Assembly: GCA_010405405.1 (NCBI GenBank)
Contig: MU004240.1
Span: 1,374,814 to 1,438,813 of the forward strand
Direction: 5' to 3'
Source: Microthyrium microscopicum
Lineage: Eukaryota
DNA: 64,000 nucleotides
Below the pieces are notes generated by a model, which worked only from the letters and a program-made list of their open reading frames with translations, had not been told where the DNA came from and searched no databases. Of the stretch, positions 1-11,770 are shown piece by piece (position 1 is the first letter of the stretch; the number at the start of each line of letters is the position of its first letter). The translations under genes were made by a program, and so were the position numbers.

Positions 1-2737
1 ATTTATAATAAGTCTAGAAATTTATTAGTATTAATTTTAGTATTAGCTTTATTATATCTTATAATTACTTTATAAAATAATTTTAAAAGTTTCTTTTAAG
101 TATAAGTTAATAGCTAATATCTATAATTAAAGTCTACTAACTTTTAATCCTCTTCCTAATTTTTTATAATATATAATCTAATAAAGTCTAAAAAGTATTT
201 CTTATATAGTATTAGTTAAATTTATATATACTAAGTATAAAAAACTTATATTAAGAGTTTTTATAGGAATAAAAATCTAAAGATAGTAATAGTTCTTAAT
301 AAAGCTAGTTTCCTTATTAGCTAAATCTCTAATAGCGTAACTAATAAGAAAAATATTATAAATAGCTTCTTACTATTTATAGATAAGGTTAACTTAAGAA
401 AAAAACAAAATTTATAAATTACGCTCTTAGTAACTATGCTTATAAAAAAGTTAATAAAATTTTAAATTAAAGGCAATTTAAGAAGCCTCTTTAGAAATAA
501 TATAGCTAGTAGTAATATTATAATTATAAGTAATGCCTTTATTAGCATTAATACGTATATTACGCTACTTAGACTTCTTATACTTTATTTTTATTAATTC
601 TTAATAATAAGCTAATAAAATAATAATAGTAAGACATAGTCTAGTTTAATAAGTAGTACGCTTAGGTTTTTAGCTAAGTAATTTTATAGATTTACTAATA
701 TTAATACTAAGAGAAATTAATAAAGAAAATCTAATAGTAAAAAAGTATATATTACTCTTATTTAAAAAGTCTTATATAAGTAATAAGAATAGTAATACGT
801 TAATCTTTAGAAGCTTCTTAATATTTTATAGTCTTATACTTTTTATTATTTTTATAATTAATGTAAGTATTATTATTCTTCTTAAGGTAATTATATTCTA
901 TAATATAACTATTAAGATTAATACGATAAGTATAATTCTTAATTATATAAGGATTTTAAGATAATTAATTTATAAGCTTCTTAGTACTTATATTAAGAGA
1001 ATAAAGTTTTAGAAAGTTAAATAAATATTAATTAGGCTAAGAAACTAAAACTAAGACTAATAAAGAAAGTATAGGAATTATTATTACTAATTAAAAGAGA
1101 GTATATAGAAAAAGTTAAAGTATATAAGTAACGTAAAGTAGTATATGCGTATAGTTTCTTAAATAATACTTCTTAGAATATATTAATTTTAGTATTAAAT
1201 TATAATACTTTTATTATTTTAGGTTAGTCCTACTATTACTTACTCTTCTTTACTACTTTACTCTTTTTAATTAATTAAGCTTTTAAAGTTTTAAATTATA
1301 CTAGTTTAATATTCTAAATATTTTCTCCTTATAAAAGAATATTAAGAGATAGTTTTTAATAAGTAATAAGCTTACCTCTTATATCTTTAAAAGATTTATT
1401 TATTTCTTCTTTTCTAACTTCTTCTACTTTTTTAAGATCTTTAAGTTTCTCTTACTTTTATTATTTAAACCTTTATTGCCTTAAAGAGCTTTATTACTAT
1501 TATAATATACTTAAATAACCTTAATTCTCTTCTCTTTATACTTCTTTAGACTCTAATAAACTTTATAATACTTTAAACTTTTTTATATAATCTTTATAAA
1601 CTACTCTAGCCTAGTAATAACTTTTATAGCCTTTAAACCTCTTTATAAATCCTCTATAAACTACTTTAACTTAGTAGTAACTTTTATAGCCTTTAAACCT
1701 CCTTATATTACCTCTATAAACTACTCTAACTTAGCTATAACTTCTATAAACTTCTACGTATTAATAATAACCTTAATAAACTACTTTATACTAATAATTA
1801 ACTCCTTAGCATTAATAAAACCTAACTATAGCTTATAAAAACTATTATAAAAGAGCTTTAACTTATAAAAACTATTATAATTAATAGAATACTTATTATT
1901 ATATACCTTAACGTGCTAAACTTAGTAGTAAGTTTTATATGCTTTATTTTTTTTATAAATATTAACTATAATACTAGTAAAGGCTCTACGCAAAATTTAC
2001 TAGATTTAAAAAGCTTATAATCTTCTAATTCCTAAAATACTATTTATAAAATTAGTTTATAAGATTTACGTTATATTCTAAGGAACTTTTAATAATAGTA
2101 GTAGTTTAATAAATTTAGATACGCGTTAGTAAAGTAATATAATTTAATATCTATAAAAATTAGTAAAAGCTTATCTTATTACGTATTTTAAAAGTAAGTT
2201 ATACCTCTATTTTCTAGATTATAAGTTATTAATTTTTATAAATACTAACCTTTATATAATTTATATAAAGAGAGTAATAATCTAGCAAAAGGATATAAAC
2301 TTAATAAAAGCTCTATATACTAGCTAAGTTATAAACTATTAGATAAATATTTAAAATTAACTAGCAACTTTATTATAGAGAAATAATTAGAACTAGTAAA
2401 CTTTAGGAAATAAAAAGAAAATTATAGTTATATAATTATTTATAAATAATAGAACTAATAAACTAATTCTAAATCCTAATTAATACTTTTATAACTTACT
2501 AAAAAATTAATAGTAAAATATAATTATTAAATACTATACTAAACTTTTTAAGTTAACCTAAATTATATAGCATTAGTCCTTTATTTAGGTTATCTATTAA
2601 TAAATATAACCTATAGGCTAGACCTATAGAAACCTAACCTATTTAGGTTAAGTCGTAATATTTCTAAAACCTAACCTACGCAGGTTATAAAAATATTTAG
2701 AGAAACCCATACCTAACCTAACCCAACCCATGCCCTA
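1..2737. mobile_element. RIP-degenerated DNA transposon, probably hAT-like; only one terminus is in the window
   Basis: Extreme AT richness with TpA excess and CpA/TpG depletion ends at ...ACCCAACCCATGCCCTA (2737). The reverse complement TAGGGCATGGGTTGGGTT resembles hAT termini (YAGGG). Clustered subterminal AACCT/AACCC motifs at 2550-2730. No transposase motif confidently decoded. Confidence 0.5.
1561..1740. repeat. Three-copy 60-bp degenerate tandem repeat inside the RIPed element
   Basis: Segments starting at 1561, 1621 and 1681 align at a 60-bp period (CTTTTATAGCCTTTAAACCT...CTATAAACTACTYTAACTTAG). Confidence 0.8.
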
Positions 2738-2862
2738 GCATAGTAGCAATTATTAGGCTAAAAACAATGTATTGGTTGTTACTAAGACCAAATTAATCCC
2801 TTTATACTACTAAACATGTCTTAGTAGCCGAACTGAATTGATCATCAATCTATATATAAATC

Positions 2863-4007
2863 CTACAGTTTTGAGTTGTTCTCAGATGTCACCTCCACCA
2901 ACAGTTTGCCTGTGTTGTTCCCCTTGTACAGCCCAATCAAAGCTTTATCAGCATCCTTCAATCCACCCTTAATAACAGTTTCCTGTCTCTTGATCTTTCC
3001 ATCTGCCAACCAAGAAGCCAATTCTTTCCTAGCCGCCGCATATTGACTAGCATAGTCAAATACAATGAAGCCTTCCATTCTGATTCTCATGCTAACAATC
3101 ATGAGATAGTTGGTTGGTCCCTTTGCCTCACCAGCCTTTGCATTATACTGGCTGATTCCTCCACACATGACGAATCGAGCGTGTGGTTTCGCTCTGTTTA
3201 GTGCCAAATCCAGAACTTCACCACCAACGTTGTCGAAAAACACGTCAATGAGCTGCTTCGTAGCCGCTCTAAACTTCTTCGCAAACTCTGGATCCTTGTA
3301 GTTGAGAGCAGCATCATATCCAAGCTCATTCACAAGCCACGAGCACTTGTCATCCGAGCCAGCAATTCCAAGAACAGTGCAGCCCTTGAGTTTAGCGATT
3401 TGGCCGACTACGCTGCCAGTTGCGCCTGCAGCACCGCTGACGACGACGAAATCGCCCGCTTTGATCTTGCCGACATCCAAGATTCCGAAGTATGCCGTAA
3501 GCCCGGTCATGCCTAGGTCAATCAACAAAAGAATACAGCATTTTCGACATCCTATTACTCACCGAGAACACCGAGCGCGTCTGTGACTTTGCCATTCTTC
3601 ACGATCTCAGTCTTTTCCAACTCCTTCTCTTTTACGACTGCCAATTCAGTCCAGCCAACAGTGCCCGTGGCATATGTGCCAACGGGAAATTTTGCTGACT
3701 TTGAAGCTCTGACGATGCCCACGGCCCCACCACGCATGATCTCGCCAATCTGAACGGGTGGAACATATGAGCGCACATCTAACAGGTTATTAGCTTCAAA
3801 ATGAGATGTTTTAGTTAGTTCAGACGAACCATTGAGCCATCCTCTCATCGCTGGGTCCAGACTAAGGTACAGGCTCTGGAAAATGACTTCGCCATCTTTC
3901 AAGTCCGACTCCTTTGGAGAAGCATGCTTTTTCAGCGTGAACGTCTGGCCAGGCAAGATCTCTGCTTTTGGTCGCTCTGCCAGATGGACTGCTGTGTAAG
4001 TTGACAT
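2863..4007 (-). CDS. NADP-dependent oxidoreductase (MDR superfamily, PTGR/CurA-like alkenal/enone reductase), 3 exons
   Basis: Motifs YLSLDPAMRGW, LGMTGLTAYFG, VVSGAAGATGS, FFDNVGG, CGGISQYN and NTGKL. Predicted GT-AG introns at 3779-3829 (51 nt) and 3513-3562 join the two ORF-track pieces in frame. Confidence 0.92.
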
Positions 4008-4714
4008 GATGACTGATGGTGTGTGACGTATATGGCGAGGCTGAAACGTTTACAGGTAGAATTCGTCCTTGCTTTCTATATACTTTCGAAAAACGAACGG
4101 GGTTCCAGTTGTAGCTTCGAGTCTTGGAATTTTTCAATGCTTTTAGCCAGGTGTTACATATGCCAATGAATGTAGTCGGGCTGGCCGAGAAGTTCAGAGA
4201 ATAAATGTACAGTACCTCGGCTGGTTGGATTTCAGTGCAGTTGCCCCAAGAGGGGATTTGTTACCTCTCCCAGTCATTATTAATCAGTGCCGGGAGAATT
4301 CTAAGACGTCAAAAGCGAGTAGTCGACATGAGCATAGAACTTGGGCATAGTCGACCCTTCATAATTTAACGCTCCAGCGGCGATCAGCGGTGATCGAATC
4401 TCAATGATACTAGCTGGGCACAAGTCATGCGTGTGTTTCTGGCTTCTCAAAGCACTTTGCCAACATCAATTGCATTTTGATCAAGCCTGAAATTGTGAGC
4501 TATATGCTATCCTACATATTCGCAGCCTTATGTTCAAACGTGTGTTTGTGATCTCAACGCTGATATACCCTACTCTAAAATCTTAACCAAGTAAACGCCA
4601 TTTTTCAAGTTGACAAAGAAATAACAAACGCCTTAGTTAGGCCACTTATCATAATCATTAGCTCATTACGCTGCATAGTACGCCAAGATAAGGCTATCTC
4701 GAAATCGCCCGGGA

Positions 4715-6002
4715 TTATATCTTCTTGAACTGTGTATGTTCAGGAACTTGATCAGGCTGAACTGGAGGTCTTGGTGAGCCTTCGAGTTTTCTCAGCGCTG
4801 CTTGCTGTTGCTCTTCTGTTCCTTCGTTCATAGTTGGCAATTCGGCTATGAAGCCGCCATGATCGAGGCCTGGTGATTTATGGGGGGTTGAATCGGAAAG
4901 ATTGGAGATTGGCCGTGATTGAGTGGACCAATGTGCATTACTCAGATGAGGAGAGCCTTGTCCTTGCGAGTATTCTGAAATGTTGGACGCTGGTCTCAGA
5001 TGTTGATTATATGGGGAATTTGGGGCAAATGAAGGAGAATGTTGAGGATGATAAGAATCTCCGGGAAGTTCCATAACAGCGCCTTGCTGACCAGGCTGGC
5101 CTTGTTGCGCATATTGAGGTGCGTACTGCTGCGGATATTGCATTTGCTGGGGATACTGCTGGGCGTACTGTTGAGGATATTGTGAAGGATATCCAGGGTA
5201 CTGTGGGTGCTGCATTTGCGCATGTTGCAGTGGAGGACTTTGCGGCCCGTACTGTGAGTCGATTTTTGGAACTTGATAAGGTAGGCCGGGCGAACCAGGT
5301 GGCTGTGTCGGTACTGACATTCTGGATGGAGATGGAAGTGGCACTGGTCCATGTGATCCGACATCAGAAGGGTTTATGGTTTTGAGTTTGCCATCTTCCA
5401 TCATTGCCTGCAAAGCACCAGAATCTAGTAGTTCGGCCTTTTTGAGCATGCGATCAACCATTGTTTTTGCCGCCGCCTTCATCTGACTTTTCACAAAAGA
5501 TACCATCGTTATGTTGCACTTGATTTCAATATCCTCTCGCAAATATAAGCCATTGGCTGGCGCTCCTATTCCGAGTTCTCGTGCTTCTGCAGGTTCGCCA
5601 GGTTGATTACCACATATGCGCCATTTGTTTCTCATGTCTATACCCATGGGGATTAACATGTGTGTTTGTATTCCCCAGGGCATGTCATGAAAACAGCCTT
5701 TGAAGCTGATCTTGCCCGAGCCCAATTTTCCGATACCAGGCATGAACTGAACGCGCTCCGTGATCTCATACCAGGTAGAATAAAATTCATCGGCCTCGGC
5801 ATCGCGTGGAGCTTTTATTTGTTTGTAGTCCAGGACAAGAGGATTAATCGTTATGATTTCGCCATGACTGTGAAGCAGGTCGATAGCCAACTAGAAACAA
5901 GTCAGCAATGATGCGGTGTAGACATATCGGTGGACTCACCTGTCGCGGGATTAGACTGTTGATCGGCGTAATCTGCGTATAAACTTCTTTCTTCCTTAAC
6001 AT
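4715..6002 (-). CDS. Fungal conserved protein (DUF7053-like N-terminal domain) with Gln/Pro-rich C-terminus, 2 exons
   Basis: ATG at 6002 (MLRKKEVYTQITPINSLIPRQ), intron 5891-5939 (GTGAGT...CTAG), then LAIDLLHSHGEIITINPLV...GLYLREDIEIKCN. QQYP/QQYA repeats and AVMELPG/IAELP motifs in the tail. Domain name is from recall. Confidence 0.8.
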
Positions 6003-7364
6003 AATGGCGACTGATAGAGATTCTGGCAAAAGATATGGAGGAACTGTAGAAAAAAGGGACCGGTTTGCCTAAATGTCCAGATTTGCGACGCTGTCAGCAC
6101 AAGCGGGGAAGCCGTGGGACAATGATCTTGGCGTGCGCTGCGGCTTGAGATGAAATTTGGTGGTAGCACGTGGAAAGCGCTATTGCTAGCGGAAGTGCCC
6201 TGTGTATTTGGTGGAAGGCGATAAAACCGCGGTCACTTGAAACATGAACTGGCGATAATAGTGATAGTGGAAAGAAACTGGAAAGCAGGTTGAGGAGAGT
6301 GCCTTGAGTAGTGCGCATAAGACTTCAAGAACAGCGAGCAAGGGCCAAGAATTCAAGATTGAGGGCGTAATGTGGCTGTAAATGGTTCAAAGGCGTATTG
6401 GACGATTTGTTAGTAGATGACATCAGATAACTCATCCCTTAACCTGTAGGCGCTAGAAAGCGACAGTGCATTAGTGCGCGGGCACCTTACTCAAGAAGGC
6501 AAGATTTCCAAGGTAAAATACGCCTCAGCCCCGAAAACACACCCAAAATCACCCCTTCACATACAAATTATTTCGACGCTACTGTTGGAAAGTGGCTGAC
6601 AGCTTGCTTTGTCACTGGCTGTCGAGCTTTGCTAGCTCAAGCCGCAATGTCGCTACAGGTTAAGGGATACAGTAAGTAACTCAGGCGTCGAGGCACAAAA
6701 GGACAGTAACGATGGGCTGATTACGATAGAGCAATGATTATCAGTTATGCGTCTGGTAGGGCGAGGATACAGCCTTCTGACTTGTCGATATAAGTAATTC
6801 AAATGCCGGCACCACGAGCTGAACAAGCTGGAATCGCTACCGCGCCCAAAATGGCCCCAGATGCACAACTTAGGCATGGACTTGCCGCCCTGGGACGCTT
6901 CATGTTCTCACAATTCCTTTGCGCAGTAATTCGTGGCTTCAGCGGCAGTTCAGCCGTGCCTCCATGCTGACGAACAACATGCCAAAGGGACCATACCTGT
7001 AGAATGTCATTATAACTTGGTGATCGCTAGATTTTCCTACACAGGTATCTAAAGCGCAACACTCGTTCTTCACTTCTATGCCTGGCATTCGAGTCTCTTT
7101 GTTGTCTCCTAAACAGATACTCGTGTACCTCGAACTAGGTATTTGAGCAGCAAAAATTCCTTATTCTCCGTTGGCACTGCTAATGACGGCTACAACTCCA
7201 AGAGTATTCAAGACATAATGTGTGCTCGCTGTTCGTCAACTAGCAAGTGTTCGGATGCATAAAACTCCAGATTACCGTAGCATTTGTTTTCGCCTTCAGC
7301 TTAGATCTCCCGGATCCTACTGCTTCCGCGCGGTTATGGGCATCTCGAAGAGTGGTCGTAGCTA

Positions 7365-7582
7365 CCGTAGCTTTCGCATCATTTGCAAGTTTGATTAACC
7401 GCTTTTGGTAATCCCAATTTGGGCTTACTACTCAGTAATTTTAGGGGACCCTACCTAGCGCTAGCTTTTGTTCACACGTGAAATTAATCCTCTACTTATC
7501 ATTGGTGAAAGATATTGGTCATCCCAAATTTGGGATTACCAAAAGCGGTTAATCAAACTTGCAAATGATGCGAAAGCTACGG
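7365..7582. mobile_element. MITE (non-autonomous Tc1/mariner-type) with 53-bp perfect TIRs and TA target duplication
   Basis: CCGTAGCTTTCGCATCATTTGCAAGTTTGATTAACCGCTTTTGGTAATCCCAA at 7365-7417 is the exact reverse complement of 7530-7582. TA at 7363-7364 and 7583-7584. No coding capacity. Confidence 0.88.
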
Positions 7583-8329
7583 TAGACTGACATTCCATTT
7601 TTGATGCTTTTCATGTCTTTCACCCAGCCTTCTTGACTGCGCGGAAGGGAACATAGCCGGAGCTATGGCCTGCCCTTTTTGCCTTTCCATTACTCAACTC
7701 AATATTTTCAGGCTTCAACTTGATCATATTCAAACCCTGTCTCTCTGATAATATGGATTTTGTTGAATTTATGCGCGATATGGATTATTTTCTTCACTTC
7801 TAAAGTGGAAGTTAGCATTTGTCGATGCGACGCGCACGCGATCCATGTACGTCCACAAATCGAGCGGGTCAAATAAGATGTTTTGTTCTTCACAACAGCA
7901 TGATCATCATTTCTATACAACGCTCTGGTGCTTTGCAGCTGTGTTGCGGCATTGTTGCAGGATGCAGTGGGGTTGGTGGGCCGAGATAGAAGGAATGCCG
8001 CTTCGAAAACTGCGCTGATTCAGGCTTCATCTGCGATTACTCAGCCATTCAACTGCTAAACCTCAGACTCATGGGCTGGCAATTGCACCAAGATTTTAAT
8101 GAGCTTACATCTTTGAGAACGGCCCCTTTCCTCCTGGTCTAACTCTACGATTGAAGCATCAAAGAAGTTTGATTACAAGCTCTCGACTCTGAAGGACTAG
8201 CCCAATGCAAATCGACAGCAAGCTCACAGCGCCACCAGAGGTTGATACCCTCCATTTCATCACCTCATTATTCACTGAGAGCTAAATACAAAACAACTTG
8301 TGGGCTCATTTTGTTTTGTAGGCCAAAAG

Positions 8330-9859
8330 ATGCAGTTTTACCCTAGAGCTCGCGAAAATAGGATTCTTCCGACTCACCTATCATTTCGAGTTCCTCGTAG
8401 AGCTTTGTTGAGAGCAGCAACTATCAATCTTGTCTTCCTTCAGCTCCTATTTCTCGGTTTGTTTTGTTACATATACGGAGCCATCTTTGAACAAACACCA
8501 CGAATCAAAAGCTTCAATGTGCTCTACGTGGACTACGATGGTGGCCCAATTGGCGCATCAGTTCGCGATGCCTACAAGTCTCTCCAGGCAAACTCATTTC
8601 CGACCCTGATTGAACGCTCACCTTCGGAATTTGCAGCCCCATTTGATCTCAGGAGAGAAGTCTGCAAAACGCACTACTGGGCTGCTGTTTACACCGTCCC
8701 AGGGGCGTCTGATCGACTTCAGACAGCTCTTGCTGGACATTCCACCGCTTACAATAAATCCGATGTCCTGGCATATATATGGAACGAAGCACGGTATGCT
8801 ACTACAATAGACAGTGCCATTTCTGCGAACATACAGACGTTATCTTCTACAGCTCGCGTAAGATACACATCAAGTAACTGGACCGAAACGGTCCCTAGAC
8901 CAACCATCGAAACATTTTCCGTCCTCTCCAACCCCTGGCAGCTCAACTCCATCAATATTCAACCGACCGTACAGGGTGGTCGACTGATATACAACACGCT
9001 TGTAATAGTACTTGTGCTGATTCAAGAGTTCTTCTACCTGGGAACTCTGAACGGTTTGTACGAAAACTTCAAAATATATGCTCGAATCAAGCCTCACCGG
9101 ATCATCATCATGCGCACCATTCTCTCGGCTGCCTATACGTTTATTGGCTCGCTCTGCGTTGCTGGAACTATATGGGCTTTTAGAGCTGGCTGGGGGGTCG
9201 ACACAGGCCAATTCTTCCTTTGCTGGGCCGTCCTATGGCTTTTTGCTCACACCAATTTTCTCACCCTTGATGTCTTCACCACCTGGCTGCCTCATCCGTA
9301 TGTGCCAATGGCGCTAATCTCCTGGGTTGTCATCAACGTCACTTCCATTCTAGTTCCATTCGAACTATCGCCAGGGTTCTACCGATGGGCATACCTACTT
9401 CCTGCCCATGAGGTATACCAGGTTCTCATTGACATTTGGTCTCGCGGGTGTGATCCGGTACTGCACCGCGCATTACCCATATTGCTTGCATTGGAAATAT
9501 CTGGCCTTGTCTTGAACGCATTAGGCACTTATCGACGGTGTCACTATGCAACTATCAAGCAAGAGATGGAACAGAAGGCCATGACGTTACGTGTCGATGA
9601 AGCCTTGGCGTTAGAAAGAGAACACGATGGTCGCATGCGAGGAGAAAAGGATACTGACGCAATCACGGTACCCCTGGGAGAACATGTTACAGCACCAGAT
9701 GATAATGAAAAGGAGGATCGGGAGAAGGCTGAGGCTGGTATCAATCAGGCTGACGTTGGGCTTCAAAGGTTGCGTTCACGAACAGGCTTTGATGTGCAAT
9801 TTGGCCCTGCATTTGGGTTCGACTTTGGGAAACCGCTTGATTCATCGCAGACTCGGTGA
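8330..9859 (+). CDS. SNG1-like / DUF3533 multi-pass membrane protein (nitrosoguanidine resistance family)
   Basis: Intronless ORF from ATG 8330. N-terminal TM, VLYVDYDGG, HYWAAVY, YIWNEARY, then about six TMs with PFELSPGFYRWAYLLPAHE. Confidence 0.85.
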   Translation: MQFYPRARENRILPTHLSFRVPRRALLRAATINLVFLQLLFLGLFCYIYGAIFEQTPRIKSFNVLYVDYDGGPIGASVRDAYKSLQANSFPTLIERSPSEFAAPFDLRREVCKTHYWAAVYTVPGASDRLQTALAGHSTAYNKSDVLAYIWNEARYATTIDSAISANIQTLSSTARVRYTSSNWTETVPRPTIETFSVLSNPWQLNSINIQPTVQGGRLIYNTLVIVLVLIQEFFYLGTLNGLYENFKIYARIKPHRIIIMRTILSAAYTFIGSLCVAGTIWAFRAGWGVDTGQFFLCWAVLWLFAHTNFLTLDVFTTWLPHPYVPMALISWVVINVTSILVPFELSPGFYRWAYLLPAHEVYQVLIDIWSRGCDPVLHRALPILLALEISGLVLNALGTYRRCHYATIKQEMEQKAMTLRVDEALALEREHDGRMRGEKDTDAITVPLGEHVTAPDDNEKEDREKAEAGINQADVGLQRLRSRTGFDVQFGPAFGFDFGKPLDSSQTR

Positions 9860-9881
9860 AGATCCACAGCTCAAGTACTCT

Positions 9882-9913
9882 GGACATTAAATACGTCGGA
9901 CATTAAATACGTC
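9882..9913. repeat. Exact 16-bp tandem duplication just downstream of the SNG1-like stop
   Basis: GGACATTAAATACGTC twice (9882-9897, 9898-9913). Confidence 0.9.
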
Positions 9914-10537
9914 GGCAAGTAGGTCATACAATGGCAGAACTTCATACACCTTGCTATCGAGCATTAGAGGTGCTCTAATTCAAAAAGCAGCGCCCCTGAT
10001 ACTGGTACGAAGTCTGTGACTGCCTTCTAATAGCTAGAAGTCACTTCACTGATACCCCAAGGCTCAGTGACTAATCTATATCTCGTTTACTGCAGGGTTT
10101 ATAAACCTTGTAAAGGGTCCAAAACTCCCTCAGATCGAAAGTCAACCACATGATTTAATTGCCATTGCATACTTCATATATAACAGGAAAAAATGAATAT
10201 GCTCTGACTATCTAGTCTACTTAAAATATGGTAAGTATTAATAATTATATACTTCTGATGCTTGGCTGGTTCTGACAATGGGCCGAATGCGCTTGGCCTC
10301 CATCGCCCTGGCTATATCTTGATGACGAGCTCTCCTGTTCACCAAGACGCTCACTTCCATCTCTTTAAACTGTTCCTTCATAATCAAATTTCACAACTAA
10401 CAATTTCAATACCAATTTAAAGTCCAATAACATCCACCAACCTCAAACAGCTTCGATTTCCAGCGAAAATTACGAAAAACACCTCCAGGCCTGCGAACTC
10501 CTCATTTCGAGCTCCACAGATTACATCCAATGAGAAG

Positions 10538-11425
10538 ATGTCCATTGATTCTACCCCGGAAGACTATTGGGGAACTTTCCTACTGAACGATGAAGAACCA
10601 ACGTCAATGCTCGTCAGATTAGCGATCGCTCTTGGAGATTTTGCGGCATCTACTTCGACATTGCATACACCCAAGCAAGATGTTACCAAGGCCAAAACGT
10701 ACTTCCTGCCAGAAATGTTTATCACCATCTATAAAATCCTAGATCTTGAGCCTATGCCTTTCCCCGATGACATATCTAGTCTGGACACAGACGTCTTGGA
10801 TCGAGCATGCGCAACTCTATACGCCAAATTCGAAATGCCACACGAGATGGGATCAAGGAGGTCAGAATCCACCGGTACTGCAACACCACTGCTTTTGAGA
10901 TCAGGTATCGTCCGATTCATCACTCTAGCCTGCCAGGCCGACCCAGAAATTGCCGCGATCCGATTGTCAACACTTCTCGACACCAAAAGTTTATCTCTTT
11001 ACGATCCAATGACAGACGAGCCATTCCAACACACCACAATCCCCAGACTATGTCTCCCAATTGTAGACGTTCCCTCCGCCAAAGCCACGTGGGAAATTGG
11101 CCTTGAAGCGCTGCGATCTGAAATGCCAGAATGGCATGAACACAAAAACAGACCACAGATGGGAACAGTCACTACTAGCTACGGCTCCATCGTCACCTCT
11201 TCAACCGGAGGATCAAGGACTGTTTCGCAAACAGTACTGCAAACCACCTCTGTCTTTAGCACCTCTGCCAGCAACGCGGACGAATCAGGTGATGATGCGC
11301 TCTTGCGGCTTCAAAAGGCCGTTAGTGCTCTTCCTGAGAATCGTCCACATACGATTGCTGAAATTGGAAATCTAATGAATCAACAAGCTAAGCAGCAGGC
11401 ACTGGTGCAAGACATCACTCAGTGA
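10538..11425 (+). CDS. Hypothetical fungal protein, possibly DUF7514-like N-terminal domain with Ser/Thr-rich tail
   Basis: 295-aa ATG-initiated ORF. The pattern YWG...PT..L.RL, PLL...G..RF......ADPE....RL, IPR.CLP recalls DUF7514 proteins (recall only). The 3' end may be spliced. Confidence 0.6.
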   Translation: MSIDSTPEDYWGTFLLNDEEPTSMLVRLAIALGDFAASTSTLHTPKQDVTKAKTYFLPEMFITIYKILDLEPMPFPDDISSLDTDVLDRACATLYAKFEMPHEMGSRRSESTGTATPLLLRSGIVRFITLACQADPEIAAIRLSTLLDTKSLSLYDPMTDEPFQHTTIPRLCLPIVDVPSAKATWEIGLEALRSEMPEWHEHKNRPQMGTVTTSYGSIVTSSTGGSRTVSQTVLQTTSVFSTSASNADESGDDALLRLQKAVSALPENRPHTIAEIGNLMNQQAKQQALVQDITQ

Positions 11426-11770
11426 CGGGTTTCAGCTTACGGCACATGTTGATGAGTTTATTGGATACGGTTTTATCATTGGCTTAGGACGGAAAGGTTG
11501 CATTGCTTTAGGCGTTAGTGTGATATGAAAAGTCTTGTTGTCTTTGCACAGAAGTCTCATGAATTTTGAACACGGTGAAGAGAGAGCATCACAAATCGCC
11601 TTAGTAGGTGAGGGAGAGATAATCTGAACGAGAAAAATGCCCATTGCGTTAGATAATGTGGTAGCCGAAAGATCGAAGAAGCTAGTCTATGCTCAAGCAT
11701 TCAATAAAGCCATACGATAGTCTGAAGGTATCAATTATAAATTACATATTTTACAAACGCGTCCAATGCT

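Noticed and set aside
3779..3829. 17-aa insertion (GSSELTKTSHFEANNLL) in the reductase ORF
   Set aside because: It has GT, branch-point and TAG signals and typical intron length; an ordinary 51-nt intron that happens to be in frame.
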